From the NCBI RefSeq assembly GCF_964355755.1, contig NC_092679.1, positions 6,106,201 to 6,170,200 of the forward strand: 64,000 nucleotides of DNA, written 5' to 3'. Source of the stretch: Antedon mediterranea. Lineage: Eukaryota > Animalia > Echinodermata. Position 1 is the stretch's first letter. Each line of letters opens with the position of its first letter. A program made the position numbers and the translations under genes. The notes under the pieces are model-generated. The model was not told the DNA's origin and did not search any database. It was given only the letters and a program-made list of their open reading frames with translations. Below are positions 13,789 through 26,319 of this stretch, piece after piece.

Positions 13789-14891
13789 GGCCCTGTTCAG
13801 ACCCATGGCGTTAGACCGTTTTAGCGTACGACGCTAAAAGAATGTGTGTCTGAACAGTTGGGGATTAGCGTACAACGCGTCGTACAACGGTTGTAGCGTT
13901 GTAGTGGAAAACGGTTGATAGTACCGTTTTAGCGTACGACGCTACTGTAAGTCAACGTTGTATCCAATCAGAACGTTTCCTGGTATGACGCGAAACAAGG
14001 TTTGACCTAGGCTGACATCTTGTATCGTCAATGTGTGAGATGGATTTCAATAACAAAAAGGCCAGAATAAATAAGGCCTAACTACACTACAAATACAACT
14101 GTTACAAAGGCTACAAACTATTATCAACTGATTACCATTATATTTTCTAACAAATGACATAAATACATGCACCTTGTATTTAAACCATGGAGCTATAAAT
14201 TATAGCTCCATGTTTAAACATAGGGACTACGATCCCATCCGCTTTTAGGCCTAGCTAGGCCTAGAGCCATTCACGCATTTCATTCAAGCTAAAAACTAGC
14301 GTGGGACATCGAGTCACTTAAGGCAGACTAGACTGGACAAGTTTAATGCTGAAAACCCCCTAACTCCTAAAAAAAATAAGTAAACAAACAAGGGGAGCTG
14401 TGTCCCTTTTATTAGCAAGTTAAGGGTTATTTTCAACCGACTGGACCAAAGAATATATATCTTTGACTGGACTGGATAGACTAATCACAATCATTTTTTT
14501 TCTTCATCATTACGAGGCCTGCTTTATTTTCGTAACACAAGAGCCTGGGGAAAATGTTTTTTACTACATAATAAAAACAATAGAAACAGAAATTTGGCTT
14601 TACTATATTTTTCTTAAATAAATGCTGAGGTATGTTTTATTTACGGCAAATTTTGTCATAATTGTAGGGCTGAGATCTAGGCCTATATACAGTGGAAATA
14701 ATGATGAAAACACGTGGGTAAGAGCACATGAATATGCAACTAGAAACAACCTGGGTGACGTACTTCCGTTGTAACGATCATCGTACGCTATGGGTCTGAA
14801 CACCTCGTTTTTTTTTCTGCGGTTTGTAACGTGACCTTGATAGTAACGTTGTACGCTAAAACGGTCTAACGCCATGGGTCTGAACAGGGCC
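13789..14891. mobile_element. Non-autonomous PIF/Harbinger-like DNA transposon, ~1.1 kb
   Basis: ~45-bp TIR GGCCCTGTTCAGACCCATGGCGTTAGACCGTTTTAGCGTAC at both ends; TTT on both flanks (3-bp TSD). Confidence 0.85.
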
Positions 14892-15246
14892 TTTGTTGTG
14901 ATTGATATGGAAGAATACTTTTGTATTGAAAGCAGACAGTTAACTGATTAATACTAAATTGCTTGGCAGTGGAAACAAGACAAATTTCAAATGGCATCTT
15001 AAATATGATGGTTAAAAACACCCAATTCTTTTGTGTCTGAACACCAGTTAACCCGTTGTGCTTGATTGCGTCAACTACTGTACTGTCATTTTAAACATTT
15101 GACCACCAGTTTCGATAGTAATAAACTACATAGCAATTTAAGTAATATTTTGGAAGAACAAACTTAGCAGAAATGCAATCCATATAAACATTACATTTTG
15201 GTCATCTACAGTATTTTCAAATATATATGGCTGTTGACTTTATTTA

Positions 15247-15889
15247 GAGTTTTGACAAAGTGCGAGGCACACCAAATATTTGTGCGAGGCACGACAAATA
15301 TTTGGCGTGCCTCGCTTTAAGGCTGGTATAAGTTGACTACAATGTTCAAATTGTTTGTTCATAATGATAATGAAAAAACTTACATATATATATCAAAACA
15401 TTTCTCGGAATAGATTGTAAAATTGGTAAAAAAACAAACAATTGATAAACACATCAGTATAATAAATTGAGAAAACTGGTAAAAAGTAGTGAATTAATTA
15501 TTTATTTATGCATTGATATTACCATATATTGATGATTGTTGTGAAATTTGGGGTAACACTTATAAAAGTACAGTACAAAATGTTTACAAAAAAAGGTAAT
15601 TTATAAAATTATCAATAGTGTAAGATGATAGCATTAGCCATAGTAGTAAATGATACTGGATACCAGAGGAAGTAGAGGTTTCGTTTTGAGGTTTTTTCAT
15701 TTATACAGTATATACAATTCAGAATAAGGAAATAGAATTAACTTGCTTCACGGGCAAAATGATAGAGGACTAAAATTCAGTAATGATAAAAATGATAAAA
15801 TGATGCCTCACATTTTTTGATGATGGTAAAACGATACCTTGCATAAATTTCTGACTTGCCTTCGCTGCCTCGCACTTTGTTACTACCTT
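15247..15889. mobile_element. Probable hAT-like MITE
   Basis: Inverted ends ACAAAGTGCGAGGCA ... TGCCTCGCACTTTGT; TTTATTTA on both flanks as a possible 8-bp TSD; boundaries approximate. Confidence 0.5.
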
Positions 15890-17949
15890 TTTATTTAGCA
15901 GAAACGGGCCATAAGAATCTTGTAAAGAATTAAAAATATGTTTGTTAATAAATGGTTACAATAAAAACATCCTACTTTTGAAATATTATGTGTTTTTTTA
16001 ATATGTATACTATAATAGTGTAATAGTTTCTGTATAGCATGGATAGTTACAGCTGATAAGCTCTAGACAATGTTGTTATTATGTGGCCAATAGATTCCAT
16101 TATAAGCTAAATTTAAACTAGTAAAACGACAACGTTGAGTAATAATGAGGTGCATTGAAGCTTGGTCACAACCTTTTACATATATGAATGACCATTTTTT
16201 ATCGTTCATGACAGCGTATACGTGTGAGAATGAAGTGGATACAGTTGCTAAAATTCCTCGTCATTTCACGCTTCATTAAGCATGGTCAGTCAAAAACGTC
16301 GTATAAAATATGTTATGATATAAATTAAACAATTCAATTCTCTAATGGAATGTGTTTGCCTCACCGAAAGGTTGATATTAGCCTTGGCCATAATCCATTG
16401 TCTCTATTACTTTTATCAACCTACAGTGTTATTTATAACATTTTATGATAGGATCTTTCTTGTTGTATTATCATTTTTACACATATCATTTTATCTGAGA
16501 CACATTTTAAAAACATTAAATGATATATCGTCCTGAAAAATAATATTTTTTTGTTGAATAATAATATATAATAATTTAATAATTTCGTAATAGTTATTCA
16601 CTTTGACCAAAATTGGATCGAAAAAAGAAGCTATTTCTTAAATAAACCATAATTTAAAGACAAATATAGTCAACCAGAAACCAATTTCATTGCAGACAAC
16701 ATGTTTTTTGTTTTATTTAATCGTCTTTTTATAAATAACTGATATCGTTTTTGTTAAATTTTTTCTGCAGAAGTGGATAACTTTATGAAAACGACAAAAT
16801 GGTGTATACAATATTTTGCTTTATTTTTGTTTTTCATATTTTGAAGGACAATACATTCTTTAAATGTGATAATGTAGCTTGTGCTCCTTAATCTGTATTT
16901 TGTGATTTACTTATGTTTCAAGTCTATAGTATATTTCTTGTCAGATCACATCACATGTTTTTCATATGATATATTTATTACAACACTTTAATGTACCTTG
17001 ACCAGAATGAATGAAATATTTTTTAATTTTAATACAGTGTGAAAGCAATTATAATTTGTTCATAAAAAATTTAAAATTTCTTTCCGGTATTCGACATGGT
17101 GTTTAATTTGATTAATTTATTAGCATTGTTGTGAAGTTCATGGTTAAAGTAGGCTAAACTGTCTGCTTTTCTCATTTCATTAATTAATACAATTAAATAT
17201 AAGTAATTTAATTAAAGAAAATTATAATTATTCAGGTTATCTGTGAAAAAAAAAAATTGACCATAAATAATGTTTATGATGGACTTTGTTTATAAATGGA
17301 CCGAGTTCAATTCTTAATTTATGGGATATGTTAAATAGGTGCCTAGTTTATATGGAAAAACCAACAATAGCCTTTGTCCTCAAAGGGAGATATAACTCGA
17401 AAAGTAGACATTTTCATTGAATACCACTCTCTACAAATGGTGTAGTCTATGAACTATGCCTCAGGTGTGAGCCTTCCCACAAACAAGTATATGTATACTT
17501 GTGGTGTATATAGAAACTATTATAATAATTAATATTACCTGCGCGTCTATGTTATGCCTACAGTAGCTTACCTGCTATGTATTCTACCATGGAAGAATAA
17601 CATTTTACCTTCCCTGATTTTACTGTGATTTGTATAGTATAAAGAATAATGTATTTCATTACCGTTTGACACACAAACGGAATAGATTAAAGACTAAGCA
17701 TGATCATTTTACAATAGTCAAGATTCATTTACTAAAGAAACAGATCTCTGTTACAATAGGAAGGATCTGTTTACTAAATTGCCCTACAATGTGTTTACCT
17801 AGACTTATTTTAATTGCTCTTCATACATTTGCATACATTTGCATATGTAAATATTTGCATAGATAAATACCTCGGCAGATTTTTGCCATTAAATAAAAGG
17901 AAACTTTAATATGTTTCATCTATTCTAATAAACCAATTCTTAGCCCATA

Positions 17950-18850
17950 GACAAGCCCATATAGCAGCCAGGGGTGTTTGTGGGATCAAACAAGCCCATA
18001 TAGCCAGGGGTGTTTGTGGGATCAAACAAGCCCATATAGCCAGGGGTGTTTGTGGGATCAAACAAGCCCATATAGCAGCCAGGGGTGTTTGTGGGATCAA
18101 ACAAGCCCATATAGCAGCCAGGGGTGTTTGTGGGATCAAACAAGCTCATATAGCCAGGGGTGTTTGTGGGATCAAACAAGCCCATATAGCCAGGGGTGTT
18201 TGTGGGATCAAACAAGCCCATATAGCCAGGGGTGTTTGTGGGATCAAACAAGCCCATATAGCCAGGGGTGTTTGTGGGATCAAACAAGCCCATACATAGC
18301 CAGGGGTGTTTGTGGGATCAAACAAGCCCATATAGCCAGGGGTGTTTGTGGGATCAAACAAGCCCATATAGCAGCCAGGGGTGTTTGTGGGATCAAACAA
18401 GCTCATATAGCCAGGGGTGTTTGTGGGATCAAACAAGCTCATATAGCCAGGGGTGTTTGTGGGATCAAACAAGCTCATATAGCCAGGGGTGTTTGTGGGA
18501 TCAAACAAGCCCATATAGCAGCCAGGGGTGTTTGTGGGATCAAACAAGCCCATATAGCCAGGGGTGTTTGTGGGATCAAACAAGCTCATATAGCCAGGGG
18601 TGTTTGTGGGATCAAACAAGCTCATATAGCCAGGGGTGTTTGTGGGATCAAACAAGCTCATATAGCCAGGGGTGTTTGTGGGATCAAACAAGCCCATATA
18701 GCAGCCAGGGGTGTTTGTGGGATCAAACAAGCCCATATAGCAGCCAGGGGTGTTTGTGGGATCAAACAAGCCCATATAGCAGCCAGGGGTGTTTGTGGGA
18801 TCAAACAAGCCCATATAGCCAGGGGTGTTTGTGGGATCAAACAAGCCCAT
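17950..18850. repeat. 36/39-bp minisatellite, ~24 units
   Basis: Unit AGCCAGGGGTGTTTGTGGGATCAAACAAGCCCATAT with +AGC variants; explains the repetitive ORFs at 17906-19008. Confidence 0.95.
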
Positions 18851-20030
18851 TTGATATTATGGAAATTCAATATTATACTGTAGTACTTTTTAATATTTAA
18901 TTTAATTAATATTAGTAATATTCTTTTTTTTGTAAACATTTTCTCTTTCACTTTTTTGTTTTTCTGATTTATGACTGTGATTACAATTACAAGGAGGAAT
19001 AGAGACAAATTCTTTGTCGGTTTATATTAAGATCAAAGATTATTATAAGTCTATGATCCAGATTGTAGGAACATTGAGTATTTCGAGTATTCGTGACGAA
19101 TAATCTCCTGTGTGGCATTACTTAAGTATTGTTTAAAACTGATTATAAATCTGTTAAATTAAAAGCCTATGTTTTTATCTCCTAACGACATTAGTGGTAC
19201 AACGTTGCCATTTACAATGATGCCAATCAATAAAGTAGTGTTTAGGCATCTCGTGAGAGGTTGTGGGATACTTAGCTAGCACAGGTTGAACTATCCATAT
19301 AGTGCAGAATATTTATCGGAATCAATTAACACAAAATACCTGGGCTTAGTCTAATTGGCGTTCAGTGGAGGAATGACTGTAGGCTATGACACTAGACATA
19401 TTGTAAAGCATTGGTTTATATAGGCCAGTTGAAAGCTAGGCTCATGCTAGTGCATTTTCTACAATTGGTTATCATGATCTCTTTAGACTATGTGCAAATT
19501 AATTTAGTCTATATAAAATTTAATTTAGTCTATATGAAAATTAATTTTGTGTATATGCAAATTAATTATGGCAAATGCAAATTAATTATGGCAAATGCAA
19601 ATTAATTTTGGCTATTTTGTAGATTTGAATTCTGAAGAAACAAGAATTTCTGATAAGGCACTTACTATATTAATATATTTAAAATCATGTTGCTTTAGCC
19701 ATGAGTTAGGTTTTTACTGTAGGCTATATTCTATTTAATTATAATTTTAATACATTTGCATATTTTTGTAAAAACATGAATTTCTGAAATGAACAGCCAC
19801 TTAAAAATAGATATACATTAATAAAAGGTTACAAGCATGTTGCAATAGCCTTAAGTGAAGATGAATAATTTACAAGAAGAAGGAACTGTTTAATCATAGA
19901 GCAACAGCATTAACATGGTTTAATTCAACATATTGCCACCTAAATGATATTTGGTAATGTGTAAAAAAAATTATAATTTATTAAAAAATAATGAATCTAC
20001 ATATTTTGTCTAGAGGATTATTATTATTAT

Positions 20031-21431
20031 GTCAGGATTAAACTTAATCAAATTAAATGTAATAAAGCCCCTGGTCCAGATGACCTTCCCCCCTGGGTGT
20101 TTAAAGAGGGTGCTGAGATTCTTAGTGGTCCTTTATGTGCTATTGCTAACTCAAGTGTTAGAAACGGATGGGTTCCCCAAGAATGGAAACGAGCCAATAT
20201 TGTCCCAATCCCAAAAGTGTTTCCCCCAAAGTTGGTCGAAAGTGATCTCCGCCCAATAGCTTTAACTCCTATAATGGCAAAGGTAATTGAGAGCCTAGTG
20301 GGTGAAATGATCTGGCACCAAGTTAAGGATAAGATTAACCTAAACCAATTTGGTTGTTGTAAAGGTGTTTCTACGGTTGACGCCATAATTGAATTCCTTA
20401 ATGTTTGTTTCCTTGCCACTGATGCGGGCGAAGAGGTTAGAGTTTTATTATTGGATTTTAAAAAGGCCTACGATTTGATCGACCACAAAATTCTCTTAAA
20501 CAAACTCATTGCGCTGGGGGTTGATAGTCACCTGATCCGATGGGTTAATGCCTTCCTGTATAACCGACAACAACGTGTTAAAATTGGTGATAGTCTTTCT
20601 GAATGGCTATCGCCAAACGGAGGCATACCCCAGGGGTCGTGGATTGGCCCTATCATGTTTATTATTTTTATCAATGACCTTTTAAATGGTAAACCATGTG
20701 TTAAATTTATGGATGATACTACTGTTTTCGAAAGGGTGTCTAAACTGTCCAATAGTAACTTGCAAAATATAGCTAACTCGGCCCTTGCATGGACTTGGCT
20801 TAACCATATGACCCTCAATGCTAAAAAAACATGTGAATTAATTGTGAGTTGTAAGAAAAACAAGTCGATATTTAATCCTCTAATTATTAATAAATGTAGT
20901 GTTAACCAGGCTTGCCGTACTAAGCTCCTTGGAATTATTATATGTGACAATTTATCATGGCAACCCCATATTGATTCTTTGATAGCTAAATCAAACTCAC
21001 GGTTATATTTCCTTAAACAATTGCGCCGGTCCGGTCTAGACGCCCAAGCCTTATGCTATTTCTATTGTTGTGTTATCAGACCTGTACTAGAATACGCCGT
21101 CCCCGTTTGGGGAACGTGCTTAACTAAATTGCAGTCTGACCAACTGGAAAGTATCCAACGAAGGGCGCTTAGAATCACGTTCCCAGAGCTCAGTTACAAC
21201 AAAGCAATGGCTCAATGTAATGTGCCTGTGCTATGTGAACGTCGAACTAGACTGTGCAAGGATTACTATCAGAAACTTAAAAACCCTTCCCATAGACTTC
21301 ATCACCTTCTTCCAAAAGCGCCTAAATCTAGATACAATTTAAGACAAGTTAAAGAATTTTGCATTCCAAAAATAAAAACGGAACGATCAAAAAATTTTAT
21401 TGTAAACTTTGGTCTCTTTCACAAGTGGTAA
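20031..21431 (+). CDS. LINE ORF2 reverse transcriptase and C-terminal region (N-terminally truncated, no internal stops)
   Basis: Motifs KAPGPD, LRPIALT, QFG, LLLDFKKAYDLIDH, GIPQGSWIGPIMFIIFINDL, FMDD (YADD equivalent), KLLGI, RPVLEYA, LESIQRRALR. Confidence 0.9.
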   Translation, partial: VRIKLNQIKCNKAPGPDDLPPWVFKEGAEILSGPLCAIANSSVRNGWVPQEWKRANIVPIPKVFPPKLVESDLRPIALTPIMAKVIESLVGEMIWHQVKDKINLNQFGCCKGVSTVDAIIEFLNVCFLATDAGEEVRVLLLDFKKAYDLIDHKILLNKLIALGVDSHLIRWVNAFLYNRQQRVKIGDSLSEWLSPNGGIPQGSWIGPIMFIIFINDLLNGKPCVKFMDDTTVFERVSKLSNSNLQNIANSALAWTWLNHMTLNAKKTCELIVSCKKNKSIFNPLIINKCSVNQACRTKLLGIIICDNLSWQPHIDSLIAKSNSRLYFLKQLRRSGLDAQALCYFYCCVIRPVLEYAVPVWGTCLTKLQSDQLESIQRRALRITFPELSYNKAMAQCNVPVLCERRTRLCKDYYQKLKNPSHRLHHLLPKAPKSRYNLRQVKEFCIPKIKTERSKNFIVNFGLFHKW

Positions 21432-21610
21432 GCATATTTATATATCCCTGCACAGTCGCTTCGTTCCCTGACTTGACTTCATTTTGTCTGTTGTTCGATG
21501 TTTTTGTGTTTTTTTGATTTATATCGTTGATGGATTTGATATATTTTTTTCATTTAAGTCTAAGTATATATTTTTGTATAATTCAACCCAAAAGTTGCAA
21601 TAAAAGTATT
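20031..21610 (+). mobile_element. 5'-truncated non-LTR retrotransposon (CR1 group: L2/Rex1-Babar-like) with RT ORF and 3' UTR
   Basis: ORF open from ~20031 to 21431; AATAAA at ~21599; no endonuclease domain present. Confidence 0.9.
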
Positions 21611-21616
21611 TTTTAC

Positions 21617-23662
21617 CAGTAAGGTAAGAGAAGAAACTGGTAGGCCTACTGAGCGTCATAACCTAAACCGAGAACCACCTCTACCAATTTACATTGGGAT
21701 GCTTATTCACACCAATACCAGAAGTAAGCTACTCATAGATCAACTTGCACAGTTAGGTATAAGCATCAACTACAAACGAATCCTTCAACTTGAGGAATCT
21801 CTAACTTACTCGATGTGTAAGCAGTTCAAGACTGATGATATTGTGTGTCCGTCTAATCTTCGGAAAGGTTTGGCAGTAATTGGAGCATTAGACAATTTAG
21901 ACTATAATCCTTCTTCTACCACAGCACAAGGATCATTTCATGGGACTGGAATTAGCATAGTCCAACAGCCATCAGCTGATAACCTAGGAATACGCAGAGA
22001 GGCAGCAACTTTACAGTTTGAGAATGCGATGATGGTAAAGCCTGAACTACCAGAAACGTATTCTGTAGTACCAGCTGCTTCCTTCAATATTTTAACGACG
22101 TCTGTGCCGAATAGTAACCCAATTGCGTTTGAAGGAAACCTACATATGGCTCAAGAGAGGGAAGGAGAGTGGATGAGGCATGCCATGGATCTTCTGAAGT
22201 TGGAAACGCTTACAAAAGGACAACCTATTTCTTGGGCAGCTTATCACGCCTCTCTTCAATCGTATTCGTATAATCCACGTGCAATTAGCTCTTTATTGCC
22301 ACTTTTTCAGGAAAAAGCAGATTCTATAGCGATGATAAAACATGGTATGAACATCTTACAATAAACAACAGAATTTTTGAACCCTGGTCAGATCCCGGTA
22401 ATGGCATGTGATTGTCCTATTTTTGCAAAATCCAAATACATTCAATGGAAATGGCCAGACATCTATGGAGAGGACAAATATGTTATCCTTTTTGGAGGCC
22501 TTCATCTAGAAAAGGGATTATGGAATGCTCTTGGCGATTTTTTAGCCTGCTCTGGATGGACTAATGCTCTTACTGAAGCTGGTATTGGTACTTCAGGGGT
22601 AGTTGACTCCTTTTTGACATGTTCCCATATTACTCGTACTCGTCATGCCCACCAAGTAACATCTCTTGTACTACATAAGCTACAGCGTGAGGCTTACGAG
22701 AAAAGTGAAATGTTCAGTAACGAGAATACAAGCTTCGAAGGATGGCGACTCGACATGATTGATAAAAGTCCTACTTTTCAATTTTGGGACATTGTCCTAA
22801 ATACGAAGTCCTCATACTTATTTTTATCCGAGCGCATCGTGAAAGAAACTTCCCACTTTTTGTAGAAGCCCTTGAAGCACTTATCTACCTGTTTTTCGCA
22901 TTTGACCATCAGAATTACAGTCGTTGGGTAAGTGTTCACATCCGTGACATGAAAGCACTACCATCTGCTATCAAGGAAGATATCTACAAAAATTGGGTTG
23001 TTAACAAGAATAACAACAGATTCTCCTGTATCCCCAGAGATCAGGCACATGAGCAGGATAATGCAAAGGTTAAGGGTAAAGGAGGAGCTGTGGGCCTTAC
23101 TGAAAATCCTACTGCATTCAAAAGATGGATGATTAGTGGACCAGAACAGGCACGGCTTTTAACAGAGTTTGAAGAGGGTTACACGCGACCAGAAGATCCT
23201 GAAGTAAATTTCAATCACCATGAAGAGGGCCTTTCAACGCAGCTAACCTTTCAAAAACAAAGCAAGAGTTTGATTGAAGTAATCAGAGGATTTGGAAATC
23301 CGTTTCAAGATGACTGTCCAGAGCTGCTGATTTTGAACACCAGATATTGTGCAGAAGAGTCGGTTATTACCACCGTTCGAACGGTAGAGAAAATAGGAAA
23401 ATCACGTTACAATACGTTTAAGAAAGAAGTACTTGAAGACAAAAGCAAGTCAATTCACGATTCCATAAAGAAAAATTCACTGGCACTACTGAAATCAAGA
23501 AAGCCTAAATGCAAACAGAAAAATAATAAGTTAAGTGCTGCTTGCGATGAGATTAGTCTGTTTGCTCGATTATACATTGCAAACCAGCAAAGAGACGGCG
23601 ACCTTGCTGTTTTTTTCTCACATGAGAACCAATTTTATCCACCTGCAAAACAGTTATATTAA
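21617..23662 (+). pseudogene. Decayed DDE transposase, Academ (AcademX)-like; one nonsense codon (TAA 22362-22364) and one frameshift (~22800); N- and C-terminal parts missing
   Basis: Three ORFs join into one protein with PLPIYIG, ALDNLD, SFHGTGIS, ACDCP, GGLHLE, GWTNALTEAG, HITRTRHAHQ, DHQNYSRW, DQAHEQ, FFSHENQ. Family assignment is from recall of these motifs, not from a search. Confidence 0.75.
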
Positions 23663-24503
23663 TTTATTGAAGCTTACAACTTGCAGAAAATAATCTGGAA
23701 ATGTAATCACGCATAGTAAAATGTAACATTCCTCTACACATAACCAGGTAGGCCATATCTCTAGATACAACAATCTGAATCATTCTAAACAAACATATCA
23801 TATGAAAAAGTAATTGTTTAAATTTGTTGAGAAAACAATGTATTGCGTGAAAAATAAGTGTTTGACGATTTACTGCCAATGTTGTAGTGATATAAAACAA
23901 AATTTAAGTCAAAAGTTAATATCATTACTTCTGGTCAATTGACAAATTCAGTCATTACCTTAATTAATACAAAAATATACATTTTTGACAATTTAAGCCC
24001 AATATTTTGATGTTATGCGCATTCGGTAACGAAATTTGAGGTTATCGGGTCAAAGGTCAATATTATGATTTCCAGTCACTTTTGGGAAAAATAGTTCGTT
24101 AGACCAAATACTAACATGTATATTGTGAATATTTTAAGACCAACCTCATGTTTCTACTGTCAGTAGTTATCGAGATATGACCATACTAGGGTCAAAGGTC
24201 ACAGTTCCGGAAATGATGATTCCGGCCATTTTCTAATAAAATGTTGTATTAGAGTGAATAGAAACATATGTGTTCTAAGCAATTTAACACTAAAATGAAC
24301 TCTGTACCCCTACCGGTTACTAAGATATGGACCATCATTTTGTTTTGGCGGCCATTTTGAAAATACTCCAAATATGGTCATAAAATACATTTTTTTTCTT
24401 GGCTACAGTGATTTTTTTAATCTGTATCTCCAAGTGAACATATGTGCAAAATTTGAAAACTTTATCATCCGTGTAACGTTTTTGACCCTAAGGCACCCCA
24501 CTA
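21617..24503 (+). mobile_element. Truncated Academ-like DNA transposon including its right end
   Basis: The transposase relic is followed by ~130-bp subterminal repeats (GGGTCAAAGGTCA at ~24047 and ~24189), GGCGGCCATTTTG and a terminus ...GCACCCCACTA, matching the TAG..CTA ends of Academ. Confidence 0.65.
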
Positions 24504-24790
24504 TAATAAAAATAAACCTTGTCTACATATACAGCTTATCTATAATTCAAAGAGTTATAAATATTATATTATTGTAAAATAACTCCTTAGTAAATTTAAT
24601 GATCTTCCTATCTAGTGTGAGATATTCATAATAAACATTATATTTAATTGTCTCTTTGTAAGTTCATAAGTTTGTGTGGTAGCTTCAAATTGCATTTGGA
24701 GACGTTTTAGACCATTTTGTGCATTTCTATGAAGGTTTTGTCGTGTGTATATAGTCTCCCACATTTTATTACTTTTATTAGTTAGTATTA

Positions 24791-25411
24791 CCGTACTGAC
24801 GCGGGTATAAGCCCATACTCGGGTATAAGCCCACTCCCGGCTTTTGACTAATTTTCATGAAAAATGAGGCACTCGGGTATAAGCCCACCCATTAATTCGA
24901 AGATCTACAGTGCGTGTCGTAATACAGTATTTTGTATTTGGCGACGTCCATACACCGAATACACCTACCTTTGATCATAACCAAGCTAGGCTAATATACG
25001 CTAGGCCATATGAGGCCTAGCGGTCCTGTTTTGTTTACACTCCATCGCGGTCGAAGATCGCTTCACACACGACGCTACAAGTCGCCAAAACGGAAAAACC
25101 ACTATTTGGTATCGGCTGCCATAAACAAGGTTATTAAATTTCTTTGGTACATTTCTATTTAACGAACATTGTATACTTGCTTTTCTGCTTGATAAATTCT
25201 TGTTAAATTGATGTTTAAAATAAGATATTCTACGATAAATTACACAAACTATAAACTTAATTTTCCGACACTCTACACCACCTCGTGTATTTAGAGGCAA
25301 CGTCGTACACGTGAGGGCGCTCGCTCGCATGGTGGAATACACAGTATACATGTGCTGTTTTTGACAATCTGCATTTTTGGATCCTCGGGTGTAAGCCCAC
25401 CGTCAGTACGG
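24791..25411. mobile_element. pogo/Tc2-like MITE family B, second copy with a ~50-bp deletion in the right end
   Basis: Colinear with 9888-10557; TA flanks; right TIR reduced to CGTCAGTACGG. Confidence 0.9.
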
Positions 25412-26193
25412 TAGTATTATTCTATTAGTCTATTATCTGCCTAGCCTACTTGGATAAACCGACATACAGTAGGCCTTTTCCTTTTTGAGAGAAAACATAA
25501 CTCGGAGAGTAACAAAAACTGAACACCCCTCCAAGATAATGGAATATGGTACATGCCATCATATTAATATTAGCCTATTTTAACGCTCAAAATCATTTTT
25601 AACTATAATTCCTTAACAGTTTAACAAAGTTTGTATCACTTCAAACATTATCATTACAAAAATTATTACTTAATCCATCAAGAAGAAGAATGTAGGCTTC
25701 TTCATTCAACGCATCATTATGTCAGTTTCAAAATTGATTTGTCTAGTGTTTTTTTTCTGCCTCACAGGGATGTCAATACATCGTTAATTTAGGACTGAGC
25801 TGGAGGGTTCAGTGTTACCATCATACTCCTACGGCTGCCATATGCTAGCAATGTTCTACGCATTTCGCTATAATGTAGGGCATTAGCTTAAGCGACGATA
25901 TTATGATCTGGGTTAGATTCATTTACTGTTTTTTGAAAAACATTAATGTAAATGTATAATTATGTTCTTAATGTTTAATGTTTGTTATGTGAACATTCTA
26001 GAGATAAAACAACCATCATTTTATGTTCTAACATTGCTACTTATTTTGATTTATTTTTCAAATGACATTCATTTCAAATTCAAATGACATTATACCTTTA
26101 GACCTTCAATGTAGTACGGTCATAAAACAGATAAAACACAATCTTATATGAACAGCAAAAACAAAATATTTACTTCAGTATGTTATTAACTAT

Positions 26194-26319
26194 ACTCGCA
26201 ACTCACATTCTCTGACTCGCAACTCGCATTTTCTGACTCGCAACTCGCATTTTCCGACTCGCAACTTGCATTTTCCAACTCGGAACTCGCATTTTTCTAC
26301 TTGCAACTCGCAACTCGCA
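26194..26319. repeat. 21-bp tandem repeat (ACTCGCAACTCGCATTTTCTG), ~6 units
   Basis: Direct tandem repetition. Confidence 0.85.

Noticed and set aside
17906-19008. Repetitive ORFs on both strands (up to 301 aa)
   Set aside because: By-product of a 36-bp unit lacking stops in several frames; no credible exon boundaries
20048-20950. Antisense ORFs of 123 and 140 aa
   Set aside because: Shadows of the RT ORF
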